Numbered from the stretch's first letter, positions 1 through 9,756 are shown. The stretch is 64,000 bases of DNA from Prochlorococcus sp. AH-736-N03 (GCA_028140765.1 JAOIOX010000001.1:8813-72812), one strand, 5' to 3'. Numbers and translations are program-made. The notes: a model not told the origin generated them from the letters alone.

Positions 1-961
1 TATTTTTAAATAAATGCCTACGCTTCTTATTATTAACTGATGAAGTAATCTTAAAGAATTCAAAAACATCTAATTCAATTGGATTGCAATTACTTATCTC
101 TAATAAATTATTCAATTGTATTGTTGAAAGTTCTACATAAGATCCAACAATTATCAGCCCTGGAAGAAAACTCTTTTCTTTATTTCTTATTCTTAAATTA
201 GAGAAAAATATTTCACTTTGAGAGACATTTTGTTTCTCAGAAATTGAACTTATAAAACTTGCTGCAGTTCGGAAAAGGAATTTTTTGTGTTTTATTAATT
301 TTTTAATTACTGAAGAAAATTTTTTTAGTTGAGCATAATTTTCAACATCTACAATTACATGTTTATTATTCTTCAAGTTCTTTAGTGTTTTAAAAACAAT
401 ATTATTTTCTTCATCATTTAGCATTTCGATATCTGACAATAAGAGATTTTGAATATCTTCAAAATTTATTTGAGATTTACTCTGCTGAAATAAAAGATTC
501 TTGACATTACTTGTTTCATATCCAAAAATTTTATCTGTTGCAAAAATTGTTTGACTGATAGGGGTTTTATCAACAAAATGAGATCCATTAATTGTTAATC
601 TTTTACCCTCTATGAAAGCTGGAATATAAAAAGTAGCATCAAAAGGACCTAAACAACTATTTAAAGCACTTGGCTCTAAAAAGTTATGTCCTCGAAGAGT
701 AGAGTCTCCTCTACTTATAAAAATAATTTCTTCTTCATAGTCTTGATAAGCAATTACAGTCTTAAGATTTTCGCAAATTTCTTCTATTCTTAATTTGGCA
801 TCATTTTCCGAAAGTGACCTTGTGTTAGCCAAAATAAAAAATAAATTAGATTTAGATTCAATACCTTTTACTAACGTTGAGCAGTCCCACTTAAGTAGTA
901 ACATGCAATCATAAACAGTTTGAGAGCCTGTAGGATCATCATCTATAACGACAAATTTCAT
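1..961 (-). CDS. Four-carbon acid sugar kinase family protein (DUF1537/YgbK), 3' end outside window
   Basis: Own translation from ATG at 961: MKFVVIDDDPTGSQTV...ILANTRSL...SRGDSTLRGH...PAFIEGKRLT, the family's N-terminal motifs. Frame is open to the window edge; absent from the ORF track. Confidence 0.85.
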   Translation of the reverse strand, partial: MKFVVIDDDPTGSQTVYDCMLLLKWDCSTLVKGIESKSNLFFILANTRSLSENDAKLRIEEICENLKTVIAYQDYEEEIIFISRGDSTLRGHNFLEPSALNSCLGPFDATFYIPAFIEGKRLTINGSHFVDKTPISQTIFATDKIFGYETSNVKNLLFQQSKSQINFEDIQNLLLSDIEMLNDEENNIVFKTLKNLKNNKHVIVDVENYAQLKKFSSVIKKLIKHKKFLFRTAASFISSISEKQNVSQSEIFFSNLRIRNKEKSFLPGLIIVGSYVELSTIQLNNLLEISNCNPIELDVFEFFKITSSVNNKKRRHLFKN

Positions 962-974
962 AAGTATTGCGTAA

Positions 975-1829
975 TTACTTAAGAGATTTTATTTGTATTG
1001 AAGCATTTAACCTTTTACTATCATTTGAAGAAATCATAATGTTTCTAAATCCATCAACAAAAGAATTTCGTGGACTAGTCCAAGGTTCGAGACATATCAT
1101 TTTTCTGGGAGGATCACTCCAAATAACGCCTAAATCAAAAGGGTATGGGTGATTTAAAGTTACCTGTCTTTTAAAAATTTTATCTCGAAAGGAGCTTCTA
1201 CCGGAAGTATACATAAGTAGATCAACTCCTAAATTAATCTTGCTTAATTCATCCAAAGTATTAGTTATGATATTTCTATGTTGATCCTGACAATTAAGCG
1301 GATTATCAAAAAACTCTAAATTTTTGAAATCTGAAACATTAAAGTAAGGATGTAAACCAAGATTTATTGGCATAGAAAAGTCTGTTTTGTTATAGATTAT
1401 AATTTCAAATTCTATACAGTTAATCTTCAAGGTAACTTCTATTCTTAGTTCGAAATCGAAAGGATAATATTTTTTTGTTATTTCAGATGCATTTAAGAAT
1501 AAGCATAAAATTTTTTCATTATCATTGAATGAGTATTGCCATTGCAAATCCCTAGCGAAACCATGTTGTGGTAATTGCAAATAATCATATCCAAATACTG
1601 AACTAGAAGTATTGAGATTTCCACATATTGGAAACAAGATTGGGATGCCTCCCCTAATACTTTTTGTCTTATCCATAAATCTTTTTTCATCGAAATAGAG
1701 TATTTCATTACCATCCGAAACCCAATTCGTAATAACGCCTCCTCTTTCAGGGCAAAATTTAATGTAGTTGTTTTTATCTAATTGAAAGACAAAAATTCCT
1801 TGGTCTTTATTAGATAATTCAAGTTTCAC
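975..1829 (-). CDS. Aldose 1-epimerase / galactose mutarotase-like protein
   Basis: IRGGIPILFP, HGFAR, HPYF and CLEPW motifs; GTG start. Confidence 0.88.
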   Translation of the reverse strand: MKLELSNKDQGIFVFQLDKNNYIKFCPERGGVITNWVSDGNEILYFDEKRFMDKTKSIRGGIPILFPICGNLNTSSSVFGYDYLQLPQHGFARDLQWQYSFNDNEKILCLFLNASEITKKYYPFDFELRIEVTLKINCIEFEIIIYNKTDFSMPINLGLHPYFNVSDFKNLEFFDNPLNCQDQHRNIITNTLDELSKINLGVDLLMYTSGRSSFRDKIFKRQVTLNHPYPFDLGVIWSDPPRKMICLEPWTSPRNSFVDGFRNIMISSNDSKRLNASIQIKSLK

Positions 1830-1838
1830 AATTATTAC

Positions 1839-2738
1839 TTAAAGAGAATCAACCCAATCCAAAATATACTGATTAACTAATTCAGGTATCTCATCATGAG
1901 GACAATGTCCTGCATCAAGAATAATTTCTTTTGTATTCTTTGGTGTAAATTTTTTGTATAGATTCCTTTTTTTTGGAGTGTTCATCCATGGATCTTTCCC
2001 TCCCCAAAGAAGTAATAATGGTGCATTTAGTTTTGCGAATAACTTATCTAAAGGCAATCCCTGAGGACCTGATGGGTTAAATACACTTCTAAAAACATTA
2101 AAAGCTCCGAAATCTAGAGAAGGCTTCCTGATTGACTCAACTAAAAAATCATCAACATTTTTTTTATCAACATAAACTTGATTCAAAGTTTTTTTAATAT
2201 TTTTTGGATTTCTCATATTCTCAAAAATTAAACGTTGAAGAACAATATTTTTCAAAAATATGCCGGCCACTGTTTCGATTGAAGTTTGTAACATATTCTT
2301 TTTGATAGTTTTTTCTTCACTAAAATATCCAGCAGCATTCAGTAATATCACTCCTGCGTTTAACTCATTTAATTCTGCTCCAGCTGCTAATGCTGCATAA
2401 CCACCTAATGAATTTCCAACTACAATTGTTGGTTTTTTTATTTTCTCTTTTACATAAGCGACAACCTGATCTTTCCATAAAGATCCTGAGTATTCGACAT
2501 CTTGAGGCTTAGGACTTTTTCCAAAACCGAGTAAATCCACCGCATGAACTTCGTATTTTGTACTCAAAACAGGAATATTAAATCTCCAATGATCCGTAGA
2601 GGCACCGAAACCATGAATTAATAAAATTGCGTATTCTTTTAATGTTTTCTCAGGCTTAGCTGAAACAGTATGTATTGGGTAATTTAAAAAATTCCAGTCA
2701 TAATTTACATCACTATCTATCAGAGCTGATTTTTCCAT
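1839..2738 (-). CDS. Alpha/beta fold hydrolase
   Basis: HGFGAS, DLLGFGKS, GNSLGG nucleophile elbow, AGHCPHDE. Confidence 0.9.
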   Translation of the reverse strand: MEKSALIDSDVNYDWNFLNYPIHTVSAKPEKTLKEYAILLIHGFGASTDHWRFNIPVLSTKYEVHAVDLLGFGKSPKPQDVEYSGSLWKDQVVAYVKEKIKKPTIVVGNSLGGYAALAAGAELNELNAGVILLNAAGYFSEEKTIKKNMLQTSIETVAGIFLKNIVLQRLIFENMRNPKNIKKTLNQVYVDKKNVDDFLVESIRKPSLDFGAFNVFRSVFNPSGPQGLPLDKLFAKLNAPLLLLWGGKDPWMNTPKKRNLYKKFTPKNTKEIILDAGHCPHDEIPELVNQYILDWVDSL

Positions 2739-2781
2739 TTAACGAAAATACTATATTAATTAATACTAATAAAATTATTTC

Positions 2782-4149
2782 CTAAAGAAGACCTACAGGA
2801 TCAGCTGCAACATCATCTGAAATTTTATTGCCATCATTTGGTGGCTTATCTTTTAAAACAATTCTCAAGAGAACAGGTGCAAGAAATGTAGTTCCTATAA
2901 CCATTAATAAAATAGCTGCTTCAAGAGAAGGAGTTAACAACTTAGCACTTGTTCCTAGCCCAAGGAATATTAAACCAACCTCTCCCCTAGGCATCATTCC
3001 CAAACCTACAACTAATCTATTTGTAGGTTTATCACTCGAAAATACCCATCCTGCAGCAATCTTTCCAATAATTGCTACAACTAATAAAAATCCTGCAACT
3101 ACAAGAGCCGACCTACTTGTTGGATCAAGTGGATTAATAACTGATAAATCCATTCCAGCTCCTACTAAGACAAAGAAAATAGTTGCGAATAAGGATACTA
3201 AAGGTAAAACGGATTGTTGAATTGCGTGATTATTTTTAGAACTACTAAGAATCAGTCCAGCTGCAAAAGCACCTAAAGCTGCTTCCAATCCAATAGCTGT
3301 TGCGACAAAACAACATAGCACAAGTATCACAAAGGAGGCTACCACAACGGCTCCAGGAGCCTTTAATCTATCCAATAACCAGTCAAACCCTGGTGCTGCT
3401 GTTCTACTTAATGCGATAGCAGCAATAACAAATACTACAGCTGCAGCAACTAATTTAACAATAGGAGCAATTTCTAAAGTACCTCCTGCAGCAAGAGCAA
3501 CAACAACAGCCAGAATTACAATTCCCAAAATATCGTCTAGCACTGCTGCACCAATGACAATCTGTCCTTCTCTGGTTTTTAAATATCCCAACTCACCAAA
3601 AACACTAGCAGTAATTCCTATACTTGTGGCTGTCATAGATGCTCCAGCAAAAACTGCTGGAATTAGATCTACCTGGAAAATAAACATTAATCCAAGAGTT
3701 CCAAAGGCAAAAGGTAAAATCACACCAGCCATGGCAACTGTAAAAGCCTGAGCTCCGACAGCTACTAATTCTTCTAACTCACTTTCTAAGCCTGTTAAAA
3801 ATAAAAGAGCATATAAGCCAAGAGTTGCTACCGCTTGGAGGGATGGAAAACTTTCGAAATAAACATCAGGTACTGCTTCTGGGGGAATTGAAGCCAACGA
3901 GCTAATAACATTTACAAGTCCTTCATTTAATTCGGTTCCAGCCGAGGGCGGTATCAACAAATGGAATCCTGATGCTCCTATTACAACTCCTGCAAGAAGC
4001 TCGCCTACTATCGTCGGTAAACTTAGTCTTACTAATACTTCTGCTAATGCTCTTGCAGCTAAAAATATCAATAGAAACCTTATAACTCCTATCAACGTTT
4101 CAGCAACTTCTAAATCATGTGCACTTAATTCAGCAAGTAAACAATACAT
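2782..4149 (-). CDS. Na+/H+ antiporter, CPA2/NapA family (NhaS3-like)
   Basis: Multi-TM protein; TATSIG, AAVLDDILG and GMMPRGEVGL motifs. Confidence 0.9.
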   Translation of the reverse strand: MYCLLAELSAHDLEVAETLIGVIRFLLIFLAARALAEVLVRLSLPTIVGELLAGVVIGASGFHLLIPPSAGTELNEGLVNVISSLASIPPEAVPDVYFESFPSLQAVATLGLYALLFLTGLESELEELVAVGAQAFTVAMAGVILPFAFGTLGLMFIFQVDLIPAVFAGASMTATSIGITASVFGELGYLKTREGQIVIGAAVLDDILGIVILAVVVALAAGGTLEIAPIVKLVAAAVVFVIAAIALSRTAAPGFDWLLDRLKAPGAVVVASFVILVLCCFVATAIGLEAALGAFAAGLILSSSKNNHAIQQSVLPLVSLFATIFFVLVGAGMDLSVINPLDPTSRSALVVAGFLLVVAIIGKIAAGWVFSSDKPTNRLVVGLGMMPRGEVGLIFLGLGTSAKLLTPSLEAAILLMVIGTTFLAPVLLRIVLKDKPPNDGNKISDDVAADPVGLL

Positions 4150-4161
4150 ATGAATTGAGAG

Positions 4162-4196
4162 AAAAAATAAACTACCTAATTGGAAGATAGTTTATT
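4162..4196 (-). terminator. Intrinsic-terminator-like hairpin just upstream of the antiporter start codon
   Basis: Minus strand AATAAACTATCT-TCCAATT-AGGTAGTTTATT-TTTT: 12-bp stem (one G-U) running into a U tract. Function is inferred. Confidence 0.4.
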
Positions 4197-4285
4197 GAGG
4201 GCCCACTTTAAGAAATATGTAAGAAAAAAGCAAAAATACTCAACAAGTGTGGATCTGAAGGTACAACAAAGAAATTTTCAAAAAA

Positions 4286-6850
4286 ATGGCTATTGTCTGT
4301 TATATGGCTAATCCAATGAATTCCAACGAACCCTTCGATCTACGCTTGCCTACTCCTGGCTGCTACCTAGATCCTGAGAAAGCTGGTATGGATTCTGATG
4401 CTGTTTTTCAAGGAATGACAGCCCATCTATTTTATACCCTTGGAAAGTTAGCTACTTCTGCAAGTCCTCACGACTTGTACATGGCTTTAAGTTATGCAGT
4501 TAAAGATAGGCTAATGACAAGATATTTAGCCAGCCAAGAAGTCATAAGAAAAAAACCACAAAAAACAGTCGCCTACTTATCAGCAGAATTTTTAATAGGC
4601 CCTCAATTAAGTAATAACCTTCTAAATCTTGGAATAACTCAAGAGGCAGAAGATGCTTTAAAGAGATTTGGCATTGAATCATTGTCAACAATTCTTGAAG
4701 TTGAAGAGGAGCCCGGGTTAGGAAATGGTGGACTTGGCAGACTTGCAGCTTGTTATATGGAATCATTAGCATCTCTACAAGTTCCAGCAGTGGGTTATGG
4801 TATTAGATATGAATTTGGAATATTCAATCAGTTAATCAGGGATGGTTGGCAAGTTGAAGTAACTGACAAATGGTTAAAAGGTGGATGGCCATGGGAGCTT
4901 CCACAACCAGACGAATCATGTTTCGTTGGTTTTGGAGGTAGAACTGAAAGTTATAGAGATGATAAAGGTAACTACAGATCAAGATGGATTCCCTCTGAAC
5001 ATGCTATTGGAGTACCTCATGATGTTCCAGTTTTAGGATACAGAGTAAATACATGTGACAGATTAAGATTATGGAGAGCTGATGCAACTGAAAGTTTTGA
5101 CTTTTATGCATTCAATATTGGTGATTATTATGGAGCAGTAGAAGAAAAAGTTGCTTCTGAAACCCTTTCAAAAGTTCTTTATCCGAATGATGGAACTGAC
5201 GAAGGTAGAAGATTAAGACTCAAACAACAACACTTTTTTGTGAGTTGTTCTCTTCAAGATATGTTGAGAAGCCTTGAAAAAAGATCAATATCAATAACAG
5301 AATTCCCTAAGCATTGGACAGTCCAATTAAATGATACCCACCCTGCTATTGCAGTGGCAGAATTAATGCGACTTCTTATTGACCAATATCAAATCGGCTG
5401 GGATAAAGCTTGGAATATAACAACTTCCTCAGTTGCTTATACCAACCACACATTACTACCAGAAGCTCTAGAGAAATGGGATTTAGGTCTATTTAACGAT
5501 CTTCTTCCTCGTCATCTAGAAATTATTTATGAAATTAATTGGAGATTTCTACAGCAATTAAGACTACGTTATCCTGGAGATGACAAGATCCTTCAAAAAC
5601 TATCAATAATTGATGAAGAAGGCTCCAAATCAGTTCGGATGGCCCACTTGGCTACAATTGGAGCCCATCATGTAAATGGTGTTGCAGCTCTTCACTCAGA
5701 TCTAATAAAAAGACAACTTCTGCCTGAATTTGCAGCATTATGGCCTGAAAAATTTACAAATGTAACTAATGGGGTTACTCCAAGAAGATGGGTTGCCTTA
5801 TCTAATCCATCATTATCTAACCTTCTAGAAGAAGAAGTTGGTCCAAATTGGATAACAAATATGGAACTTCTTAAGAAGTTAGAAGAAAAAAAAGATGACA
5901 ATAACTTTTTAGAAAAATTTGAGGAAACTAAACTAAATGGCAAAAGAAAATTAGCTAATTTTATCCATTCAAAAACTGGAATACTTGTAGACCCATCAAG
6001 TTTATTTGACGTTCAAGTAAAAAGAATACATCAATACAAAAGGCAACATTTAAACGCTCTTCAAATTATTGCTCAATATTTAAGAATTAAAAATAATACA
6101 AACAAATATAAAGTCCCAAGAACAATAATATTTGGAGGTAAAGCTGCACCAGGTTACTTTATGGCAAAGCTGATGATTAGATTTATAAATGGTATTGCTG
6201 ACGTAGTCAATTCCGATCCAGATATGGATGGTCTACTAAGAGTTGTTTTTCTACCAGACTATAACGTTAAACTTGGTGAAATAGTTTATCCTGCAACGGA
6301 TCTTTCAGAACAAATTTCAACTGCTGGAAAAGAAGCATCTGGGACTGGAAATATGAAATTTGCAATGAATGGAGCGTTAACTATTGGAACCTTAGATGGA
6401 GCTAATGTTGAATTAAGAGATCTTGTGAAAAAAGATAATTTCTTTCTTTTTGGTAAAACTGAAAGCGAAATTATGGATTTAAAAAACAATAATTATTCCC
6501 CAAAAACATTTATTGATCAATGTCCAGAACTTAAAGAGGTAATACGCCTCATTGAAATAGGCCACTTTAGCAATGGGGATAAAGAATTGTTTAAACCTTT
6601 ATTAAATAGCTTGACCGGACATGATCCATTCTTTGTTATGGCTGACTTTGAAGACTACCTAAACAAACAGGATGTAGTCAGTGAATGCTGGAATAATAAA
6701 AAAGCTTGGAATAAAATGGCATTATTAAATACTGCTAGATCAGGATATTTTTCTTCTGATCGATCTATTAGAGAGTATTGCAAATCTATTTGGAAAGTAT
6801 CTCCAATGCCAGTTGAAATTACTTGCGATGTAGAAGAGTTAACTAATTAA
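4286..6850 (+). CDS. glgP: Glycogen phosphorylase
   Basis: GLGNGGLGRLAAC, QLNDTHP, KRIHQYKRQ, PLP site EASGTGNMKF; true start may be a downstream ATG (4304 or 4316). Confidence 0.97.
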   Translation: MAIVCYMANPMNSNEPFDLRLPTPGCYLDPEKAGMDSDAVFQGMTAHLFYTLGKLATSASPHDLYMALSYAVKDRLMTRYLASQEVIRKKPQKTVAYLSAEFLIGPQLSNNLLNLGITQEAEDALKRFGIESLSTILEVEEEPGLGNGGLGRLAACYMESLASLQVPAVGYGIRYEFGIFNQLIRDGWQVEVTDKWLKGGWPWELPQPDESCFVGFGGRTESYRDDKGNYRSRWIPSEHAIGVPHDVPVLGYRVNTCDRLRLWRADATESFDFYAFNIGDYYGAVEEKVASETLSKVLYPNDGTDEGRRLRLKQQHFFVSCSLQDMLRSLEKRSISITEFPKHWTVQLNDTHPAIAVAELMRLLIDQYQIGWDKAWNITTSSVAYTNHTLLPEALEKWDLGLFNDLLPRHLEIIYEINWRFLQQLRLRYPGDDKILQKLSIIDEEGSKSVRMAHLATIGAHHVNGVAALHSDLIKRQLLPEFAALWPEKFTNVTNGVTPRRWVALSNPSLSNLLEEEVGPNWITNMELLKKLEEKKDDNNFLEKFEETKLNGKRKLANFIHSKTGILVDPSSLFDVQVKRIHQYKRQHLNALQIIAQYLRIKNNTNKYKVPRTIIFGGKAAPGYFMAKLMIRFINGIADVVNSDPDMDGLLRVVFLPDYNVKLGEIVYPATDLSEQISTAGKEASGTGNMKFAMNGALTIGTLDGANVELRDLVKKDNFFLFGKTESEIMDLKNNNYSPKTFIDQCPELKEVIRLIEIGHFSNGDKELFKPLLNSLTGHDPFFVMADFEDYLNKQDVVSECWNNKKAWNKMALLNTARSGYFSSDRSIREYCKSIWKVSPMPVEITCDVEELTN

Positions 6851-7298
6851 TATTTTTCTTATCAGGTGAATCTGGAGTTTGATGAAATAATCTATTCAAA
6901 ATTAATCGATCCATATTTAATGGGTCTGGGGCTAATTCATTTGCAATTTCTTTAAATTTAGATTCAATATTGTTAGAAATTTTTGTATCAAATATTCTTT
7001 CCATTAATGCTTCAATTGAATATAAGTAGGCATTAACACTTTCAAGTTCATCTAAAGCTTCAGTAATTTCTTTATCAGAAATATGTTTTTCTTCTACACT
7101 GATATCTTCATTTGATTCTCTTTCAGATAGTTCTCTCTGCAACTCATCAGAAATTTTTGTACAAAGAGTTCTGAAAGATTGAATAGATGCCCAATTCAAT
7201 TCTTGTTGCTGCTTAAAAGTAGGAAATTCTCTAATCAGACGATCATGCTCTTTATAAAATCTCTGACAATCAGAGCATTGACATGGTTCTTCAGCCAA
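6843..7298 (-). CDS. Hypothetical helical protein with N-terminal CxCxxC
   Basis: 151-aa ORF of protein-like composition filling the gap between genes; no family recognised. Confidence 0.75.
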   Translation of the reverse strand: MAEEPCQCSDCQRFYKEHDRLIREFPTFKQQQELNWASIQSFRTLCTKISDELQRELSERESNEDISVEEKHISDKEITEALDELESVNAYLYSIEALMERIFDTKISNNIESKFKEIANELAPDPLNMDRLILNRLFHQTPDSPDKKNIN

Positions 7299-7329
7299 AA
7301 GAAAATAAAACTCTTTTTATATCATCTCA

Positions 7330-7662
7330 TTATTTTGGCAAAATTGTAGGACCATCCAATAATTCGTCATTTTCATCGAGTGTATCTGGACTATCTGGCA
7401 AAGGTATCTCAATACTAGTAACCAAATTAATAACATCTCTTAACCTCATAGAATCGGCAAACCAACCCATTGCTTGCTCGGCATCGCCTCTTTTTTCAGC
7501 ATCATTTGCTTGGTCTTCGTGAGCTTCCGCCAATAGCGCAAGCCAGCAAAGGCACCTTGCTTGAACTATTGAAAGATCTAAATCATTAGGTTGGGATTTA
7601 GAAATACGCTCATGCTCTTGTTGAATTAAAAGCTTTAAACGCATATCATGCAACTTAGCCAT
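7330..7662 (-). CDS. Hypothetical helical protein
   Basis: 110-aa ORF, ATG start, protein-like composition. Confidence 0.75.
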   Translation of the reverse strand: MAKLHDMRLKLLIQQEHERISKSQPNDLDLSIVQARCLCWLALLAEAHEDQANDAEKRGDAEQAMGWFADSMRLRDVINLVTSIEIPLPDSPDTLDENDELLDGPTILPK

Positions 7663-7740
7663 AGAAGATTTATTACTAACTATACGCTAGCTAGAGAGTA
7701 GCAAGTTTGCACACATACTACATATAGTTTTTTATTTTTA

Positions 7741-7814
<74 letters not shown>

Positions 7815-7852
7815 AATAGATGATTTTTGGAGTATTAAGGACTATGCTAAAT

Positions 7853-8228
7853 GAAAGCAGGAGAGGCAATCGCAAGAAAGTTTTATTTTGTTTCCAAAAT
7901 AAAACTTTCTTGAGGAAAGTCCGGGCTCCCAAATGGTCAGGCTTGCTGGGTAATTCCCAGTGCGGGCAACCGTGAGGATAGTGCCACAGAAACATACCGC
8001 CTAATACGTTATGTATGGCAAGGGTGCAAGGGTGTGGTAAGAGCGCACCAGCAACATTGAGAAGTGTTGGCTAGGTAAACCCCGGCTGGGAGCAAGGCTT
8101 AGTAGATTTATGACCATTACACAATCTACTTTAAAGCGCCGCTTGAGACTGTGAAGTAATTCCAGTCCTAGATAGATGATTGCCCATCTTAATTAAGATG
8201 AACAGAACCCGGCTTACGACCTGCTTTC
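7853..8228 (+). ncRNA. rnpB: RNase P RNA (type A)
   Basis: GAGGAAAGTCCGGGCTCC, AGTGCCACAGAAA, GGTAAACCCC and AACAGAACCCGGCTTA motifs; P1 GAAAGCAGG/CCTGCTTTC. Confidence 0.97.
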
Positions 8229-8253
8229 TAATTGTTTTGATTATTCAAATCAG

Positions 8254-9003
8254 ATGACAAATATAATTAACACAAAGAGAATTAATCAAATAACTACTTT
8301 TTTAAAGTCTTTAAATATTAAATCAGAAAGATTTTCTGAAATAATTGAAACTCAAAACATTTCAGTTATTCAAGATTTTAACCAAGCATTTATCCATTCC
8401 TCAGAGAATAAAATAATAAATTATGAAAAACTTGAATTTTTCGGAGATGCAGTACTCAGATTAGCTGCTTCTAATTTTATTGAAAAAAAATATCCTCAAA
8501 TGAGTGTAGGAGAAAGATCAGAGCTAAGAGCACAAATTGTGAGTGATGAATGGCTAACTAAATTAGGAGGTAAAATTGAAATAGACAAATTAATAATTAA
8601 AGGACCTAAAGCTCTTGGTGATGAAAATTCAAAAAATACTATTATTGGTGAGGCTACAGAAGCTTTAATCGGTGCTGTTTACAAGTGCTTTAATTCAATT
8701 CAGGAAGTAAACCTTTGGTTAGATGATATTTGGGAGGAAGATTCAGAACAATTTTTAAAAGCTCCATATAAATTCAAATCTAAGACAGTATTGCAAGAGT
8801 GGTGTCAAAGTAAAGGTTTTGATTTGCCAGTCTATAAAATAATGGAAGTCTCACAAAAAAATGGAGACCTTAAAAGATTTTCTTGCGATATATTTATTGA
8901 AGGATTAAAAGAATCATCTGCATTCGGCAAGTCCCATAAACAAGCAGAAACAAATGCAGCTAGAGTTTTGATAGAAAAATTTATTGCTATAGGTAAAATC
9001 TAA
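8254..9003 (+). CDS. rnc: Ribonuclease III
   Basis: EKLEFFGDAVL signature; C-terminal dsRBD (KTVLQEWCQ...GKSHKQAETNAA). Confidence 0.93.
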   Translation: MTNIINTKRINQITTFLKSLNIKSERFSEIIETQNISVIQDFNQAFIHSSENKIINYEKLEFFGDAVLRLAASNFIEKKYPQMSVGERSELRAQIVSDEWLTKLGGKIEIDKLIIKGPKALGDENSKNTIIGEATEALIGAVYKCFNSIQEVNLWLDDIWEEDSEQFLKAPYKFKSKTVLQEWCQSKGFDLPVYKIMEVSQKNGDLKRFSCDIFIEGLKESSAFGKSHKQAETNAARVLIEKFIAIGKI

Positions 9004-9006
9004 TTT

Positions 9007-9192
9007 TTAAACTATTTCTAAATTCGTTAGCTGAAAAGTTATGAGCTTATCCCAATTACCTCCTTCAAACAATACTGCTGCCCTTTTTTTTGTAACTCTT
9101 TGTACAAACCCTTTATATCCCCTGTATATAGAATTAGTGTCTTTTACAACAACAAAAGAACCTGGGAGTATGGGTCTAGTAGATAATTCCAT
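9007..9192 (-). CDS. ndhS: NAD(P)H dehydrogenase subunit NdhS
   Basis: ILPGSFVVV...[12 protein letters not shown]...[16 protein letters not shown]. Confidence 0.92.
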   Translation of the reverse strand: MELSTRPILPGSFVVVKDTNSIYRGYKGFVQRVTKKRAAVLFEGGNWDKLITFQLTNLEIV

Positions 9193-9216
9193 AAAACACT
9201 CTTTTTAATACAATAT

Positions 9217-9756
9217 ATGATAAATAAAAATGAATGGTTGACTGTTGGATTGATAACATCATGTCATGGAATTAATGGACAGGTAAAGGTTAAATCTTTA
9301 AGTGATTTTGAAGAAAGATTTTTAAAACCGGGAATGAGATGGTTACAAAAAGAAAATGAACCTCCTTCACAAATAAAACTGATATCTGGTTTCAAACAGC
9401 CTGGTAAAGAAATCTTCATAGTTAAGTTACAAGGAATAAATACAAGAAATCATGCAGAGCAACTGAAAAAATTTAAAATTCTTGTAAAAACTGACGCACT
9501 ACCCAAATTAAAAAAGGAAGAATTTCACTTGTTAGAACTTATAAATCTCGAGGTCAAGACTTTAGAAAATGATGAATTAAAAACAATTGGGAAAGTTGTC
9601 AATTTAGAAAATGAGAAAAATAATTTACTTATTATTGAATTATTTAAAAATCAAAAAAAAGTTCTTATACCATTTGTTCAAGAGATAGTGCCATTAGTAG
9701 ATATAAAAAATAATTTTATAATCATCAATCCTCCAAATGGACTTTTAGAGCTTTAA
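9217..9756 (+). CDS. rimM: Ribosome maturation factor RimM
   Basis: [16 protein letters not shown]...[13 protein letters not shown]...PPNGLL. Confidence 0.93.
   Translation: MINKNEWLTVGLITSCHGINGQVKVKSLSDFEERFLKPGMRWLQKENEPPSQIKLISGFKQPGKEIFIVKLQGINTRNHAEQLKKFKILVKTDALPKLKKEEFHLLELINLEVKTLENDELKTIGKVVNLENEKNNLLIIELFKNQKKVLIPFVQEIVPLVDIKNNFIIINPPNGLLEL

Noticed and set aside
7873-7912. Perfect 18-bp inverted repeat CAAGAAAGTTTTATTTTG-TTTC-CAAAATAAAACTTTCTTG
   Set aside because: It is helix P3 of RNase P RNA, just before GAGGAAAGTCC, and not a MITE or terminator
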